45,460 nucleotides of DNA from Thraustochytrium aureum (lineage: Eukaryota): the NCBI GenBank assembly GCA_012862495.1, contig BLSG01000164.1:7200-52659 (forward strand). Reading direction: 5' to 3'. The position numbers and the translations under genes were made by a program. The notes beneath the pieces are model-generated. The model was not told the origin of the DNA. It ran no database searches and saw nothing but the letters and a program-made list of their open reading frames with translations. Positions 41,517-45,460 of this stretch are shown one piece after another; position 1 is the stretch's first letter; each line of letters opens with the position of its first letter.

Positions 41517-44500
41517 TCAGATCCCGCGCAAGAGCGATGCAAGCGGCAGCGCTGCGCCGTCCTCGCGCTTGAGCGTTTGCCAGTCGAGCGAGCAGTTGTG
41601 GATGAGGTCGGCCGGCGTAGGCTTGTCTGCGCCGAGGCGCGGAAGGGTCAAGGTCTGGGTGCAACTGCCCTGAATCCCGAGCAACTGGCCGAAAAAGCCG
41701 CCGCCCCCGCCCGTCTGCCAGGTCCGCAAGCTCGACTCCTCCGCGCAGTAGCTGACAATGGTTTCGCCGCGCTTGGGCTCAAAGACGAGCGCCGCAACCT
41801 GGCCAGTATGGCCCTCCAAGATGCGCCACTTGGTTGCTGTCCGCAGGTCGTAGATGAGGATCGTGCCGTCCACGGTGCCGACCGCAAACCGCTGCGTGTC
41901 CTGGTGAAAGGCGGCCATCGGGTACCGCTTGACGATCTGGTGCAGAACCACCGTGGAAAACTTGAGGCAGGCCTTGCGCACCTCGCTTTCCGAGGGGTCC
42001 AACGTCTTTATGACAATCTCCACCACCATGGGCAGGTGTCGCAAAAGCGCGACGGGGCGCTTCTTGATAAAGCTGGAGAGCGCCATCAAGCTGTGCCTGT
42101 GCATGCCCGCGCGCAGGGCCTCCCGCCCAATCGTCTGCAAAAACGTGTGCGTCTTGGCCGTCCCGATCTCCGTNNNNNNNNNNNNNNNNNNNNNNNNNNN
42201 NNNNNNNNNNNNNNNNNNNNNNNNNNNNNNNNNNNNNNNNNNNNNNNNNNNNNNNNNNNNNNNNNNNNNNNNNNNNNNNNNNNNNNNNNNNNNNNNNNNN
42301 NNNNNNNNNNNNNNNNNNNNNNNNNNNNNNNNNNNNNNNNNNNNNNNNNNNNNNNNNNNNNNNNNNNNNNNNNNNNNNNNNNNNNNNNNNNNNNNNNNNN
42401 NNNNNNNNNNNNNNNNNNNNNNNNNNNNNNNNNNNNNNNNNNNNNNNNNNNNNNNNNNNNNNNNNNNNNNNNNNNNNNNNNNNNNNNNNNNNNNNNNNNN
42501 NNNNNNNNNNNNNNNNNNNNNNNNNNNNNNNNNNNNNNNNNNNNNNNNNNNNNNNNNNNNNNNNNNNNNNNNNNNNNNNNNNNNNNNNNNNNNNNNNNNN
42601 NNNNNNNNNNNNNNNNNNNNNNNNNNNNNNNNNNNNNNNNNNNNNNNNNNNNNNNNNNNNNNNNNNNNNNNNNNNNNNNNNNNNNNNNNNNNNNNNNNNN
42701 NNNNNNNNNNNNNNNNNNNNNNNNNNNNNNNNNNNNNNNNNNNNNNNNNNNNNNNNNNNNNNNNNNNNNNNNNNNNNNNNNNNNNNNNNNNNNNNNNNNN
42801 NNNNNNNNNNNNNNNNNNNNNNNNNNNNNNNNNNNNNNNNNNNNNNNNNNNNNNNNNNNNNNNNNNNNNNNNNNNNNNNNNNNNNNNNNNNNNNNNNNNN
42901 NNNNNNNNNNNNNNNNNNNNCAAAGCGAAAGCGGTCGTGCGCCGGCGGTCGGATTCCCAGGACCTGCGACACGTCGCGGTCCAGGTCTGCGTCGATACCC
43001 CAGAGCATGAAAAAGCTCATCAGCGAGCAGAGCGTGTCGCTCCAGCGCGAGACGTTGTTGACCTGAATCGCCCACGCGACGAGACCGGGGGCCGGCGCGA
43101 AAAACTCGACGCCGAGCTCGTGCGTTGCCGCCGCGCCCCAAGCAGCGGCCCGCGACCCTTTGCTCGACTGCGACACCGAGGACGACGAGGAGAGCGAGCG
43201 CTCGCGCACCCGCGCTGCGGCAGCTGCGCTCGCTTGGCTAGCAGCTGGCATGTAGAAACAGCGCGGCAAAAACCGCTCGGAGAGGAGGTCGAACGTGGCC
43301 GTGCCGAGCTGGATCCGCAATGGCGAGATCCAATGGAGCGTCTCGGGCGTCACCTTGACGTACGACGAGCGGAAGGAGACGCGGTTCACTTGCTCGAACC
43401 CCTCCAACACAATCAGGGCTTGGTTTACGGTGGAGTCCACCAGGCAGATGCGGTCGTCGCCGAACGGCGAGACGGCGATGGCATCTATCGTCGCCAGGTC
43501 CACCTTGACCTGGCACTCGAGCCTGGTCTCCAGCGTGGCAACGTCGAGCCAAAAAATCAGCACCTCTCCGGTGTACGGCCTCGACACGCACACGCAAAAG
43601 TCGGTCGTGGCGACGGCGAGAGCGTTGCCAGCCAAGGAAACTGGAGCGAGCTCCAGCGGCGTATAGGACTGCGGCGAACCGCAGTCTAGTTTTCTCGTGG
43701 ACGCGGCGGGCTCGAGCGACTCGGCGACAAGGCCGAGCTCGCTAGCCCGCATCGCGCAGAGAGTGTTGTCGCTCGAGAGCTCGAGAAAGACGTCCGTCGA
43801 CCCGAGCTGGAACAAGTTTGGTCGGGCAGCCACTCGAACTCGGTCCTCGTCGTGGCGCGGCGCAGCCGCCGCCGAAGGGCTGGGCGAGCACGGCCGCGTT
43901 GGGTCGCTGGCCAGCATGTCCTCGCTTGGGCGAACCGGGGTTTCATCCTCTACGGCCACACCCCCACCTTGTGCGGGCGGGTGCGGCGGCGAAAGCGGCG
44001 CCGGCCGGTGCGCTTCAAAGAGGCGTTCCAGTCGATCGAGCTCCCCCGGGTCCTCGACAGTGCAGCAAGCCTGGGCGCCACAGATGTGGTCCGCTTGTTT
44101 GGATCGAACGATGTACTTTTGACGGGCAAAGTCAAAGTACAGCCGGTCTGCGTCGAGGGTCTCGACCACCAGAAACGCGTCGCAGGCCACCGATGCGCCG
44201 CCCGAGCTGACGACCGGGCCGTGGCGTGCGGAGGTGCCTCCCAACGGGACCTCGAGCACGCTGATGTTTTGGATGCAGTAGCCGCCGATTTCGAAAGCGA
44301 CGCGTCTTGTTTGTACATTGACGACTAGGACTTCGGAAGGCACGTCGCTCAAGATGCAGAGCAGGCGGTCCAGTGCCATGCAAGCCGCCTCGACGCCGGG
44401 TGCAAACCGCAGCTTGTCGATGCAGGCCCCTGTTTCGAGCCCCCAAAAGCAAACAAAGCCGTCTACGTCAAGACTCACCAAGTTGAGCTCCTCCTGGACA

Positions 44501-44826
44501 AGCACGGTCCAGACGCCAACGACGGGCCGCTCGTTGTGTCCGAGCAGCACGTATTGGAGCTCGCCGCGCCGGCTGACGCGGACCTGGCCAGACTCGAGCC
44601 CGAAACGCACCAGTCGAGTCGCCTGCCACTGACACCTTGGGCGGCCGTACTTTTCGCTCGACGTGTACACGCATACCCCAAGCCAGAGCTCCTCGGAGGG
44701 CGGCGCTCGCCTGACCTCCGCCTCGGGCGCCGCCGACGCCTTGGTCACCCCCAGCCCCTTCTCCCGCGGCCCGCCGCCCTCCTCGCGGCCATTCCCAGCG
44801 GCATCCACGCCTGCATTTGCCGCCAT
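41517..44826 (-). CDS. WDR7: WD-repeat protein 7 / Rabconnectin-3 beta-like, spanning a gap
   Basis: C-terminal LLRHLPMVVEIVIKTLDP...RKACL...VKRYPMAAFH..TQRFAVGT.DGTILIYDLRTATKWRILEGH...IVSYCAEE. N-terminal WD segments LLGH...LVSLDVDGFVCFWGLETGACI and LMSFFMLWGIDADLD. Confidence 0.88.
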
Positions 44827-45460
44827 CCGAGCCAGCAGGGCTCCTCCAGCCGGCCCGGACGCCGCAGCAACAACTCCTTCTGCAACAACAAGTCCACCTA
44901 GGGCACTGTCACGCCAGACCGCAGTCGTCCATCCGCGGCCCCGCAGCGCCAGCCGAGCGACCGTCAGGCGGCCTCGCACACGAGCCCGGCCTCCTCTCTA
45001 TCGCTCGAGCGAGGCGTCCACGCGCCGCGCTCTGCTGCCGCGCCGCTCCGCAGCCGCGCGTTTCAATGGGCTTCTGCGCCTCCTGCCAATACGCTTGGCC
45101 CTTTGGCCGATTCCCAAAAGATATCCTGTGCCCTCGATACACCCTCTGGGTGGATTTGTTGTATTTTTGGACGTCCAGGTGACCCTCGCCGATCTGGCTG
45201 CCACGCGCCACAGGGCCAGCGAACGACGCGCGGCGCGGGCTGGCGTTGGCCGCGTGGATAGTGACGGCGCGCTGCGCGGCCGCTTGACGTTCTCGCGGCT
45301 TGCTTGGCGGCGGCGGCGGGACTTTTGGGGGCGAGGCATGTGGCCGCGTGTTTTTCGATTGCTTTTCGCACGTTTTGCATTCGTGTTTTCGCGCGAGCGG
45401 ACGCGAAGCCCGGACAAGATGCTCGCGAGCGACGGCACAGGGGCAAATGGCAGGATGGGA

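Noticed and set aside
1..45460. Mobile elements, viral insertions or defence systems
   Set aside because: No transposase, reverse transcriptase, integrase, capsid or Fanzor/TnpB-like motifs were seen. The STAND NTPase belongs to the known sAC architecture. Gap contents cannot be assessed.

Overview
GC-rich, gene-dense, intron-poor eukaryotic scaffold with many N-gaps. One clear GT-AG intron and eukaryote-specific genes (FIP1, Yippee, WDR7) show it is nuclear DNA from a microbial eukaryote. The style and gene content would fit a stramenopile such as a thraustochytrid/labyrinthulomycete, but that is inference only. About 23 protein-coding loci are supportable: NDUFA9, two MDR-family oxidoreductases, a K+-dependent Na+/Ca2+ exchanger (NCKX), a GST-fold protein, a small Dad4/DASH-like coiled-coil protein, a secreted and probably surface-anchored Endonuclease I, a purple acid phosphatase fragment, a bacterial-type RNase HII, FIP1, an MscS channel, a degenerate EF-hand protein, a large soluble adenylyl cyclase (ADCY10-like cyclase-STAND), a beta-propeller type II membrane protein, an ankyrin-TRP channel, Yippee, SURF1, WDR7 and several hypotheticals. 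About a dozen single-base frameshifts, mostly in homopolymers, break otherwise intact genes and look like sequencing error. I found no CRISPR array, transposase or RNA gene, and no clearly new system is demonstrated. The best leads are the Dad4-like kinetochore subunit, the surface nuclease next to a purple acid phosphatase, the cyclase with a very large insertion in its NTPase domain, and the local concentration of Ca2+/cAMP/mechanosensing genes.
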